From Octopus vulgaris (Eukaryota): a stretch of DNA of 64,000 bases. A program made the translations under genes and the position numbers. The stretch's first letter is position 1; each line of letters begins with the position of its first letter. The notes under the pieces were generated by a model that saw only the letters and a list, made by a program, of their open reading frames with translations, was not told the DNA's origin and made no database searches. The stretch is from NCBI GenBank assembly GCA_951406725.2, contig OX597831.1:53816001-53880000 (forward strand). The letters are read 5' to 3'. This document shows positions 1 through 12,399 of this stretch, piece after piece.

Positions 1-1405
1 TCATGCTATCACTATTAAAATCATCATCATCGTCATTGTTAACATTGCAATTTCTCATGAGATATGATCATATCCCATAGGTTTGGTTCATTACCATTTG
101 GCTTCCATGTGCAACAAACCTTCAGGCTATATACTCATTTTTCTGAAATGAGCTATTAGTATAACAATATGTGGTTTCAAAACAATTAACATCCACTCTC
201 ACTTTTTGGAATCAGAAGAAAAGCATCCAAGTTATGAATGCAGAACGTGTGATATGACAGGGTTAATAATATTCTGATGTGAAACGAAATTTTCATTTCT
301 AGTCAAGAAAATTCATGCTAAACACTCATGAAAACTACAGAAGCTGTGTGTGTAGATATTAACTGAGAGACTGATCATCGTGACTGGCTGCAGCTGTTTG
401 GATGCCGGCAATTTTGGCATGCTTGACTGGATATTCAACCTGTTGTAGCAACAGTACTTTTTGGCACTGGTGGAACATGCACACACACACAAACACACGC
501 ACGCACACATGCACACACACACACACAGAAATATGTACAAGCAGATAATGAGAGTGAAAGAGAGAATGAGAGAGAGAGGGAGGCATTACAATCTATTGCT
601 TGAACATGGTTGACATAAACACTTCCCTCTCCTCATAGGCATAAAGACAAATTTCCTCACACACATAAATAGAGAGAGCAGTGTAGAAAGATGTATGTGT
701 GTATGTACATGTGTATGTACCCAGGACATGCCACCTAGGTAGGCAAGGTGGGCAGTGCCTACCTTGAATAAAATAGATCGATAGCAACATTTTCCTTTTA
801 TTGCAAAATAGGCACCCAATTCAATAAAATTATGAAGATTATTCTAATTACTATGCATAAAATGCAAAATATTTTATTTTTTGTAGATTAGGTAGGCATA
901 ATTCACCCCTGCCTTTCAATCTCAATATTTAAGCTATGTGTAGTACTGCTGTACAACACATGCTGTGCATATTCCTACAACAATGTTTTCTTTACGTGCT
1001 ATAAAAGCAGAAGTAAATGTGCCGTCAATTCAGTCGCACACTTGTGTTTTTCTTATTTTTTGTGTGCTTTACTACATAAAGGTCACCAACTGCCTACCCT
1101 GAGTAATTACTGATGGCACATGCCTGGTATGTATGTATGTATGCCTGGATGTATGTATATAAGCATGTATGTATGTGTATGCATGTCTATGTGTGTGTAT
1201 TGTGTATGAGTGTGAGTGTAAAACTAAGGTGTCTAAAAATGATCAGAGAACAGGGCAACTGGATCATTGTGAAGAACAGATAAACATACTTTAGGGTCAA
1301 TGTCTTATAAATTTTAAAGTATTCCATTCCTTTCAATAATTTTCATAGATTCCAACAAAGCTTTTATCACATAAATGCATTTGATATCACTATATATATA
1401 TATAT

Positions 1406-2189
<784 letters not shown>

Positions 2190-2250
2190 AGTCATGTGGC
2201 TTAATGGTTAAAGTGCTGGACTCATGATCATAAGATTGTGGTTTCGATTT

Positions 2251-2419
2251 CCACAGTAAATAAGGTACTCAATACATAGCAGAGTAAAATTAATTTATTA
2301 TATAGAAGGAGCTTCTACAGGACTAGAACTGTTTCATTCAAGAGAAATCTTCAGGAAGCTAGTTAACAAGAATTGTATTGGCATTTATACATTTAGGCAG
2401 GTTTATAGGGGTGGCGGTA

Positions 2420-2460
<41 letters not shown>

Positions 2461-2868
2461 GTGTGTGTGTATGTATGTGTGTATGTATATGTGTGTGTGT
2501 TGAGAATTTCCTTATTTACCTAAAACTCTATTCTTCTATATATTTTTGTATTTTATTCTTTTTTTATTTTTTTATTCTTTTATTTATTCTTCTATCTAAT
2601 TTACCACTGACTCCTTGACCACTCCCCCAAGTATGATTTTTTTGCGCTATGCCTACCCCCAAAAAGTCCCCCACCACCACCCCTATAAACCTGCCTAAAT
2701 GTATAAATGCCAATACAATTCTTGTTAACTAGCTTCCTGAAGATTTCTCTTGAATGAAACAGTTCTAGTCCTGTAGAAGCTCCTTCTATATAATAAATTA
2801 ATTTTACTCTGCTATGTATTGAGTACCTTATTTACTGTGGTTAACCCCGAATCAACCCGGGACCTACA
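2251..2868 (+). mobile_element. Penelope-like pLTR fold-back element (family A) with 3' tail
   Basis: Near-perfect inverted arms 2251-2418 and 2673-2840, then a unique tail TTAACCCCGAATCAACCCGGGACCTACA followed by (TA)n. The same sequence and tail recur at 20969-21163. Confidence 0.8.
2731..2781 (+). ncRNA. Type I hammerhead ribozyme (family A)
   Basis: AGCTTC-CTGAAGA-tTTCtcttGAAt-GAAAC-AGttctagtcCT-GTA-GAAGCT: 6-bp stem I, intact core, stem III ACAG/CTGT. Mirror copy on the minus strand at 2310-2360. Confidence 0.8.
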
Positions 2869-2871
2869 TAT

Positions 2872-2902
<31 letters not shown>

Positions 2903-2956
2903 AAACTTTCAGCATGGAGATAGATTGATTGATTGATAGATAGATAGATAGATAGG

Positions 2957-3019
<63 letters not shown>

Positions 3020-3033
3020 GTAGGTAGATGGAT

Positions 3034-3064
<31 letters not shown>

Positions 3065-3104
3065 CAAGCAAGCTGGCAACAGACAGCTATATACAAGTTA
3101 GTAT

Positions 3105-3200
3105 CCCTCATGTCATATGCTTCTGGTATGCTACAAGGAAGTATTCTCAAACCACTTTTTTTATTGTATTCATAGCTAAATTTCCAACTATCATACAGAT
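3105..3200 (+). mobile_element. Very degraded CR1/L2/Jockey-type RT remnant
   Basis: Translates SGMLQGSILKPLFLLY, resembling the RT motif SGVPQGSILGPLLFLLY. Confidence 0.4.
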
Positions 3201-4101
3201 CTAAGCTAAAATGTTCCAAACAATAACATCATCTTTTCTATGACACACTGAAATAAACTTTGGCAAGAGACTGGATGTTGACTTGTTAGGTCAAAGAAGC
3301 AGTACTCATGGGCATTACATGCTTTCTCCACTCCTTTTGATACAATATGATACTAAAAAAATTTTTGTTGGTTGAACTATTATTACTTGAAAGAATAAAC
3401 TCCAGAACTTAAGTAAACTGATGATGAACTGTATAGAGTTCACTAAGTTCAATTATTGTGAGGACAGCAACTGAACTTATCAAATGCTTCCATGAACTTG
3501 CTTGTTATTTTGAAGCTTAAGCTCAAATGCAAAGTTCTTTATCTTGGAGCAACAATGCAAATCAAAATTACATTATGACGAGTTCAATAGAAACAACTAA
3601 AATAACAACAAAAACAACAACAACAACTACTACTACTACAACAGCAGCAGCAACAAGAGCAACAACAACAATAATAACGACAACCACAATAACAACAAGA
3701 AGCTGTAATGCTACCAGAGGAAAGCTCAACAAATACTATATCTTTATTCTAAAGTAACTTTGTCACTTGGAAATCCGGGTAAGTAAGGTTAATAAGATTT
3801 CGATTTTATATGTCAAATGTATTCATGTTATTTAGATAAAGTATCATCAGCTTGGTTACACTTCATATCATTAGTTCATTCCCGTCTAGTGTTATCCGAT
3901 CACCAACATCCAACAAAAGCGAAGAGCTTATTAAATCTGTCTTTCACAGTGTAACAAAATACCTGAAACTTGCAAAATTTTCAGCATCTGCACAGTTGTT
4001 TGACATGTTAGCAGCAAAATCCCCCTTGTGTCACATCTTATCCTTTTTAAAAAGGAAGAACACATTGAACAGTGATGTAGTCCTAGATACAATAGTCTGG
4101 T

Positions 4102-4137
<36 letters not shown>

Positions 4138-4138
<1 letters not shown>

Positions 4139-4950
4139 GGCATGTGGTTAAGAAGCTTGCTTGTAATAACATGGTTTTGGGTTCAGTCCCACTCCTTGGC
4201 ATCTTGGGCGAGTGTCTTCTTCTATATCCCTAGGCCAACCAATACCTTGTGAGTGAACTTGGTAGATAAGAACTGCATGAAAGCCTATCATGGGTGTGTG
4301 TATACGTTTGTGTTTTTTCCACCACCGCCACCACTTGATAACTGATGTTGACTTGTTTATGTCCCTGTAACTTGTTGTTGGCATTCTTTTGTCTCGGGAG
4401 ACAATGGAGTTGTGCATAAACTAATCCAGTCTGGTTTTTACATTTCATGTCTTCTGCAGTTTCCTTTCCAGTTTTGCACAGGCCTGGGCTAGATGCAAGA
4501 AAATCCTGGGTAGCCCAATTGTCAGGATTCCTCTCTTGACCTTGCTGACATAGTCCAAAGGAGTGCAGAGCATTATGTTTGGCACCAGCTTTGTTGTAGG
4601 AGCTGCCGGAAGAGTGTCGAGCCAAACACTAAACCACCTACTCCGGATTTCTTTGAAGGTTGTCCCCTATCCGTAACCCTGGACAGGGGCCCATACCAGG
4701 TACTGTCAGCCGGAGCCAGCTGAGCCCAGGACTCATGTCAGGCAGGGTCGTCACTCCCTGAAGGAGTGAAGAAAATTGCTACCCACTACCTATAAGTTCA
4801 TGTTCCTGTAACTTAGTGGTTCAGTAAAAGGGACTGATAAGATAAGTACCAAACTAAAAATCATTACTAGGGTTGATTTATTCAACTAAACCATTTAAGA
4901 TGGAGACCAAACATGTCTCAGTCCAATGTCTGAAATAAATAAAAGACAGA
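4138..4950 (+). mobile_element. tRNA-derived SINE family 1, interrupted by an RTE-derived insertion
   Basis: Head with TGTGGTTAAGAAG and GGTTCAGTCCC boxes, conserved body and GACTGAAACAAGTAAAAG-like tail. Split at about 4372/4796. Confidence 0.8.
4373..4795 (-). mobile_element. Non-autonomous RTE-derived retroposon with 18-bp TSD
   Basis: GC-richer block with a (CAA)n tail on the minus strand. Flanked by GTTTATGTCCCTGTAACT (4355-4372) and GTTCATGTTCCTGTAACT (4796-4813). Resembles RTE/BovB-type UTR sequence by recognition, not by search. Confidence 0.6.
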
Positions 4951-5034
4951 CAAAAGATATAAAATAGAAAGGACACTGGCTGATTACAGCTGAGATGCCT
5001 TTCATAATAAGGTCTTTTTCACCAGTGCTAACCC

Positions 5035-5201
5035 AGGAGTAAGCCGATGTGGCTGTGTGGTAGGAAGCTTGCTGACCAACCACATGGTTGCAGGTTCAGT
5101 CCTACTGCATGGTACTTTGAACAAGTGTCTTCTACTATAACCTCAGGCTAACTAAAGCCTTGTGAGTGAATTTGGTAGACAGAAACTGAAAAGAAGCCTA
5201 T

Positions 5202-5293
<92 letters not shown>

Positions 5294-5505
5294 GTATATA
5301 TCTGTGTGTGTCTTTGTATCAGTGTTTGACAACTGGTGTTGGTGTGTTTATGTCCCTGTAACTTAGCAGTTTGGCAAAAGTGATTGATAAAATAAGTACT
5401 AGGCTTTAAAAAAGTACTGAGATTGATTTTCTCAACTAGAAAATCCTTCAAGGTGGTGCTCTAGCATGGCCACAGTCAGCTGACTGAAGCAAGTAAAAGA
5501 ATAAA
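5035..5505 (+). mobile_element. tRNA-derived SINE family 1
   Basis: Full head, internal (TA)n, body and tail; similar to 16555-16955. Confidence 0.85.
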
Positions 5506-6241
5506 ACCAGCTGGCATTATAATTATAGAATTGGAAAATTATTTATGACTTATATAATCTATGTCTGAGCCTGTTTTCTTTTATATTAGGCAACAGAAAA
5601 AAAGAAAGAAGTGGAAATTTTACCAGTGAGTGTGTTAAATTATAAGGCACAAAAAGAAAATGATTTTCCCCCAGACACAACAGAATATGCTTCAACACAC
5701 GAACTCACATAAGGAATCTTGCAAACCAAACCCAAAAACGAAACAGAAAAAAGGATAATTGTTTCATGACTAAAGAACGCTTTGAGATTGAAACTGAGCA
5801 TATATTTAACCTCAAAATTAGTAAGTACAAGAAAAAGATTAGTAAAAGAGTTTATTGTGTCAATTATACTAGCTGTCAGAAATGAGTGATGATTATTTTT
5901 GAGGTCACAAATAATTAAAGTTAATTGTGAAAAACAGAAAATTTCTTTAATCTTATCGTTATAAATAAAATATATATAAATTCATTATTTATATTTCTGA
6001 TCGATTTAGAGTTTAACATTTATTTTCTGCTTGTTTCAATCCTTAGACTGCAGCCATACCTCAAAGGCACTACCTCAAAATGCTTAGTTGAAGAAATTGA
6101 CCCCAGTACTTATTTGTAACTCTGATATTTATACTATCAGTCTCTTTTGCTGAACCACTAGGTTCAAGGACATAAACAAACCAATAATGCTAATCAAGCA
6201 GTAGTTGGAGAGAAACACACACATACAGATATATAAATATA

Positions 6242-6787
6242 CTAGCTTAAAAGCTGCACTCCGTGTGGACTTTTAAGCTAGTTTGTGCTGAGGGCTAATT
6301 GGGCCTGTACCCAAAACTAAAGAGAGGTAAATAAAATGATTATATTATGTCTATAATGACTATGTGCCCTGGTAGTGTTTGATCAGAGGTTAAGGATGGA
6401 TGAGAATTAATTCCGTAATGCAATCATTCTATTGTTCCAGTCCCGAGTTAAATTCCAACTGTTGCCCGATTTGTCCCAAAGTTCTTATGTTGATGTAAAA
6501 TTAATGAAGAGAATGTCATTTATGTCCCGCTTGAACTCTGACAACATCTGACTAATGCCAACAAAGATGGTGTGAATCAGCCAAACTTTACCTGCTAGAA
6601 ATAGCTACCCAAAATGCTTTTAAATCAGATCCCAACGCTGGATGTTCAAGGACCAAATGAAGGACAGATTTTCAATCCCAGGATCGCCCTGATTCGAAAA
6701 ACATATGATATATTTATGTAGAGCTAATGTAGACTGAGATACAAGGGTCCCAGCCGGACAGACAGAATTTTGCTTTTATTTATATAG
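6242..6787 (-). mobile_element. Non-autonomous Helitron
   Basis: The minus-strand 3' end has the hairpin CTAGCTTAAAAG...CTTTTAAGCTAG ending in CTAG|T. The 5' end is CTATATAAATAAAAGCAAAATTCTGTCTGTC, with the same layout as the element at 54722-56454. Confidence 0.65.
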
Positions 6788-6789
6788 CA

Positions 6790-6825
<36 letters not shown>

Positions 6826-6829
<4 letters not shown>

Positions 6830-7193
6830 TAGAAAAAAACACCTTTTATCATTTTATCAATTCAATAATGAAAAAATTGAATTACCCCATTTAGAAAAAT
6901 TACATCTTATAGAAAGATTAAATATAAGATAAAACATACCAAATATATACGTATTATTTATTATTTTGCCCATTACTTAATCATTGGTATATGTTTTATT
7001 TTATATTTAATCTTTCTATAAGATGTAATTTTTCTAAATGGTATAATTTAATTTTTTCATTATTGAATTGATAAAAGATGTTTTTTTTCTAATTTATATA
7101 TATATATATATGTTATATTTTGTGAAATTTGATTTAGTATTTCTAAATTGAATTTTTCCCTGTAAGTTTGGAATAATATTCCCTCATATTATT

Positions 7194-7200
<7 letters not shown>
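6826..7200. repeat. AT-rich fold-back insertion in (TA)n
   Basis: Inverted arms at about 6826-6942 and 6984-7095, plus a one-sided tail to about 7200. Confidence 0.75.
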
Positions 7201-7237
<37 letters not shown>

Positions 7238-7245
<8 letters not shown>

Positions 7246-7500
7246 CGAGAGAAAGAAAATGAAATTCATAAGACTCTTCATTATTCACTACAATTGTTTT
7301 GACTCATCATGCACAAAGAGTTTCATGAATTCCATTTTCTTTCTCCTATATTTTATAAATTCTACAGACATCAAGGAATTCCTGAAGTAAACCCAGTGGC
7401 ATATACCTACATACTGTTGATGACATCACATAGACGAATACTGTGAATGGTCTTTAAACAGTATACAAGGTGTATACCCAAATTTAAAATTATTATACAT
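7238..7500. repeat. Short fold-back with hammerhead remnant
   Basis: Arms at about 7238-7280 and 7317-7356. The spacer reads ATGATGA-gtc-AAAAC-AATT-GTA on the minus strand. Confidence 0.5.
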
Positions 7501-7502
7501 AT

Positions 7503-7930
7503 AGGCACAGATGTGGCTGTGTGGTAAGAAGCTTGCTTCCCAAACACATGGTTCTGGGTTCAGTACCACTGTGTGGCACCTTGGGCAAGTGTCTTCTATT
7601 ATAGTCTCAGGCCGACCAAAGCCTTGTGCACGGATTTGGGAGATGGAAAGTGAAAGAAGACTGTCGTATATATATATACATATATTTGTGTATTTGTGTA
7701 TGTGTGTGTCTTTGTGCTTTCGTTTGTCCCCCCATCACTGCTTGACAACCGATGTTGGAGTGTTTACATCCCCATAACTTACCAGTTTGGCAAAAAGGAC
7801 CAATAAAATTAGTACTAGGCTTACAAAGAATAGGTTGTGGGGCAATTTCTTTGAGTAGAAACCCCTTTAAGGTGGTTCTCCAACATGGCCGCTGTCAACT
7901 GGCTGAAACAAGTAAAAAAATAAAAGAATA
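7503..7930 (+). mobile_element. tRNA-derived SINE family 1
   Basis: Full-length copy. An inverted 5' half follows at 7955-8122 and a split copy lies at 8200-8330/9110-9325. Confidence 0.85.
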
Positions 7931-8384
7931 GAAATATATATATATACATACATACAATGGGCTTTTCTCAGTTTCCCCCTACCAAATCCACTCATATGGC
8001 TTTGGTCTGTTTGGGGTTATAGTAAAAAGAAACACTTGCCAAGGGGCCATACAGAGGGACTGAACTTAAGACAACATGGTTGGGAATCAAGCTTCTTAAC
8101 CATATAGTGCCATGACTCTGCCTAAATCCGTAGATGTTTATAAATTATTATTGTGAAATTGAAAAAAATCATGAATAGACATTTTTTCGAGGTAGGGGTG
8201 TTCATCTTAAATAGTTTCAGGTTCAGTCCCACTGCATGGCACCTTGGACAAATGTTTTCTACTCTAACCTTGGCCTGACTAAAGCCTTGTGTGTGGATTT
8301 GGTAGAGAGAAACTAAAAGAAGCCCATTTTATGTGGGTGTTTATATATATATATATATATAGATAGATAGATAGATAGATAGAC

Positions 8385-8457
<73 letters not shown>

Positions 8458-8689
8458 TAGACTTATATATGTATATATAAAATAATTAAGATTCAGTTGA
8501 ATTAGGTACTTAAATTGAAACACTAAACCAGTTCAGTATAGACAGCACAGCTCAAAGTTAGGTGAATAAAAAGCAAATAAGTAGCAAGGATGTCCAGGTA
8601 TCAATGCATTACAGCCATTTCAAGTGGCTCCATTTAATCGATCAATTGAAAATATTACATCAATTTGAAAGAAACTGCTCTCCTCAGAA

Positions 8690-9110
8690 TCAGATGACCC
8701 TATAGATTGCCAATATACAGCCAGTTTTCTGATGGAATGGCAAGGATTTCATCATATCATTTCTCTGGTACTTTTGATGTGCTGAGGGGTCTGCACACTT
8801 CTTTCAGCCACGTCCAGATGGATCAGCAGTGGAACCAGTCTCTTGAAATTTCTTGACAATTTTTCAGACTGTTGTTTGGTTAATTTTAACTTTTTTGCTA
8901 TAGCTATTTTATTCTCACCTCCTTTTGGATGGCTATGGTTGTATCTCAGTCTTTAGCCATTATCTAATTTATAAATTTGAATTTATTTAGTCTGAAACAA
9001 AAAAAAAGACACTAAACTTTTACAATGTTGTATTATTTTCATATCTTATCACATTTATTGATAGTTATTAAGGCCTGAAACTTCAGTTACCTTAATTTCG
9101 GGATACTCTG
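8690..9110 (-). mobile_element. Degenerate Tc1/mariner 5' fragment (transposase HTH)
   Basis: With frameshifts, the minus strand translates approximately GENKIAIAKKLKL..TTV*KIVKKFQETGSTADPSGRG...NPCHSIRKLA. TIR-like CAGAGTATCCCGAAATTAAGG at about 9110. Confidence 0.65.
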
Positions 9111-10239
9111 TGTCTATGTGTATGATTTTGCCCCCTCCCCCTGCTTGACAACCATTGTTAGTTTGTTTACATCCCTGAAACTTAGTGGTTCAGCAAAACA
9201 GACTGAATGAATAATTGGCAGGCTTAAAAAAATAAGTACTTTTGTCAATTTGTTTGACTAAACCAATCAAGGCAGTGCCCCAGCATGGCTGAAGTCCAAT
9301 GACTGAATCAAGTAAAAGATAAAAAAAAAACAAAAGACAAATGATAAAGACACTGTGGCGTTCCTTATTAAAGGTGAATCATTCCAAGCTTATAGAAAAA
9401 TGAAATGAATTACAGTGAGATGGAAAACCCAAAGTCTTGTACATTTAATCTTTTCCAGAATGAACAGAGGTGAATCCTCAGTTGTAGAAAGGAGATGAAG
9501 GTGTTAACCTTGATTCTTTCTTTCCAAAAAAGAACAAATGTTCTAATCTTTGAAGTTTTTGTTCTTCTCAGTAGATCATTGTAATCTATTTTTTAAAATG
9601 AATTTTACAGATTAACTTTTTCCAATGCATACTATCACCAGTTTCCTCAGATTCTCAGATTTTGGCTTATTTGAAGTTTAAATCTATTATACAGCATCAA
9701 AAATTTTATCAGCAGTACAACAACAAGAGAAAATTCATTAAAAAAGAAAAAACTCATTGATTTAGTCTTATTTTATCTCCTCTCAAACTTCATAATGTTA
9801 TTTATAGTGGAATTAAGCATATAGCAGAATATTTCTACCATAATCCTCATATTTAGGTTTGAAAAGATTAAAAGCAAGAAGAAAAATGATAAAAGTGATT
9901 TAAATTTTGTTTAGAACATGAGGGGGAAAGTAATTAAAGATGTTATTGATGCAAATCTTAAATATAGAAATATATAATGAAATTTTGTGAGTAGATTGGA
10001 TACTGCTTTTATTACCAATCCCTTTACAATGAACTGGTACACATTTTCCAGCATGACTGAAGTAAGCAAAAATATGTGCTATATTTGGGGAGACAATAAA
10101 AGGCTGACAATTCCATAATAAGCATGATATATTGTCAGACGTTATGCCTCTCTTATGAACCATAAGGTCAAATTTACTTTGAAAGTAATTTCAAAACTTT
10201 AAATATAAAATGACCATAAAATTTATTATTTGATCAATT

Positions 10240-10700
10240 TCAGACACGAGTTGAAAGTAAGGATATTGTTATCAAGTATCATTAATGTTTACACGTCCAT
10301 ACATGTACAGATGAATTATCAGTCCCCCGTGTCAGTTCTATGCAACTACAATAACATGTTGAGAACTGAAGAATATATTACCAAACTGATTATCTTATAG
10401 TTGGATGCACTTCTTATTATTAATTAATAGGACTTTTAAGCAATTTCATTTTAATCCAAGTGAGGCTTTTGAGACATTATTAAATAAATCCCAATTATAG
10501 CTTGATCCCTGAATTCACAATAGAAAATTAGAACATTTCTCAATGAAAATATTAGAGTTTATGAGATGATTCCAAAATCTGAAGATACTTTTATTCCTTC
10601 ACCATAGAAACTATTGATTTAACAAAGTCAAATAGTTTGCATAGTGGAGTCAGATATCCTTGAAGTGTGTACATTCCCTATGTCAGTGGGTTTTGATTCT
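10240..10700 (+). mobile_element. Possible ancient hAT-type transposase remnant
   Basis: Fragments DELSVPRVSSMQ, TEEYITKLIIL*LDALL and ILEVCTFPMSV loosely match C-terminal hAT (ZMYM1/THAP12-like) motifs; heavily disrupted. Confidence 0.25.
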
Positions 10701-11159
10701 CTGCCAAAATTTCATGTCAGTCAATAAGAGATTCTTCATACAAGACCTTTCATTTTATTTATTTAATCAGTTACAAATGTAATTGCACACATTATCAACT
10801 GTTTATTCGAGTGTCCAAAGACCGTAGACCTTGTGAAGTAATATCACTTATAGCAAATAATCAATAGTTTACGTTATTGGCCATTGACATGAGCTCAAAG
10901 CTTTCTGTCTTGCGCTTCTATACTAGTACAAATGGACAGACAAAATAGAATAAAGAACACAGAAGAAGTATTTGGTTAAAATTATGTCTTTTCTTCCATG
11001 ACTGTGTGTAACATTCAGAAATTGGAACTTTCAAAATTGGTAGGAATAAGAAACTTCAAATAAAAATTGATATGGAAGAAAGAAAAATATTTACTTTTGT
11101 AGCTATTTCTCATTGTTCTTGTAGTTAAATCATAACAGTTGAATTGCTATTGTAATATT

Positions 11160-11585
11160 ATGAGCTGGCAGAATTGGTAGTGCATTGGACAAAATGCTTC
11201 GTGGTATTTCTTTGTTCTGAGTTCAAATCACACTGAGGCCAACTTTGTCCTTCATCATTTTAGAGTCAATAAAATCAGTACCAGTTGAGCACTGGGGGTC
11301 AATGTAATTGATTTCCCCATCACTCAAATTCGCTGACCTTGTGACAAAATAAAAAAGGATTATTATTACTATGGTGATGAGCTGGCAGAATCATCAGTAT
11401 ACCAGGTAAAATGCTTAGCGGTATTTCATCTGTCCTTGTATTCTGAGCTCAAATTCTGCAGAAATCAACTTTCCCTTTCATCCTTTCAGGCTCGATAAGA
11501 TAACTGCAAGGGGAGCACTGAGGTCAATATAAAATGACTTACCTCCTCCCCTGAAACTGCTGGCTTTGTGCCAAAATTTGAAATC
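11160..11585 (+). mobile_element. Two tandem copies of tRNA-derived SINE family 2
   Basis: GAGCTGGCAGAA...GAGTTCAAAT...CTTTCATCCTTTC at 11160-11362 and 11372-11585. Other copies at 25983-26216(-), 45405-45600(+), 59475-59692(-) and 59705-60085(-). Confidence 0.8.
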
Positions 11586-11616
11586 ATTATAATTATTATT
11601 ATTATTATTATTATTA

Positions 11617-11945
11617 AAACTATTACATGCTATTTTATGGTTAGCAGGGATGTTGTCTTTAGGTTTGGTGACAACAAATCTTCTCAAATCTCAAGAAACC
11701 CGTTTAAGATTCTTGCAGAATACAGGATTGCACTTTCCTGCAGGTTGATGACAAGGTGAGTCACCATTCCAATATTCTTCAGCTTCTTAGGTAAAAGTTT
11801 GGATGTTGTGCCAAGTGTACCAATTACCACAATCTTCTGTAATCTCTTTCTCTCTCTTACTCTCTCCTGATATTTCTTAATTTTCTCAGGGTTTTTTTTT
11901 TTAGTATCCCCTCTAGTATCATAAGTTACAGTAAAGGCTTTTGAT
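11617..11945 (-). mobile_element. R4/Dong-type non-LTR retrotransposon 3' end (restriction-like endonuclease) in (TAA)n
   Basis: Minus-strand translation EKIKKYQE...VVIGTLGTTSKLLPKKLKNIGM...LQESAILYSARIL matches the REL C-terminus (EKxxKYxxL...VVIGALG...LQKxAILxTARIL). Flanked by (ATT)n tracts. Confidence 0.7.
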
Positions 11946-12033
11946 GTTACTATTATTATTATTATTTATGGGTTTTTCTTCTTCTTTCAAATTTGCTTCC
12001 ATTTCTTGCCGAGTGTCTTCCTGACTCCTAGGG

Positions 12034-12073
<40 letters not shown>

Positions 12074-12399
12074 TTATGTTTGACTTTTGCTTTACATTTG
12101 TACAAGTTGGCTCCAAGTCTCACCCAGAGACCTCAAGAGACAACAAGTTGGAAGTTCATGCACAAGTCCACCCAAGGTTGTTTATGGAAGACCAACAGTT
12201 GCTTATGCATACCAGCCTATCTTCTCCATGTCACTGATGTTATCCAAGGGAAAGGCAAAGGCTTGGCACCAGTGATGACTTAGCTCATTTCTACAGCTGA
12301 GTTAACTGGATCAATGTGAAACAAAGTGTCCTGCTCAAGAACACAATACACAGCCTGGTCTGAGCCATTCGTTTTCACATTAATGCATATAATATAAAT

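Noticed and set aside
313-440. Possible minus-strand terminal exon (VEYPVKHAKIAGIQTAAASHDDQSLS*)
   Set aside because: Weak acceptor, no recognisable domain and no linkable upstream exons.
3852-4103. 83-aa non-repetitive-looking ORF
   Set aside because: Its 3' part matches a dispersed repeat also seen at about 60330-60430; no recognisable homology.
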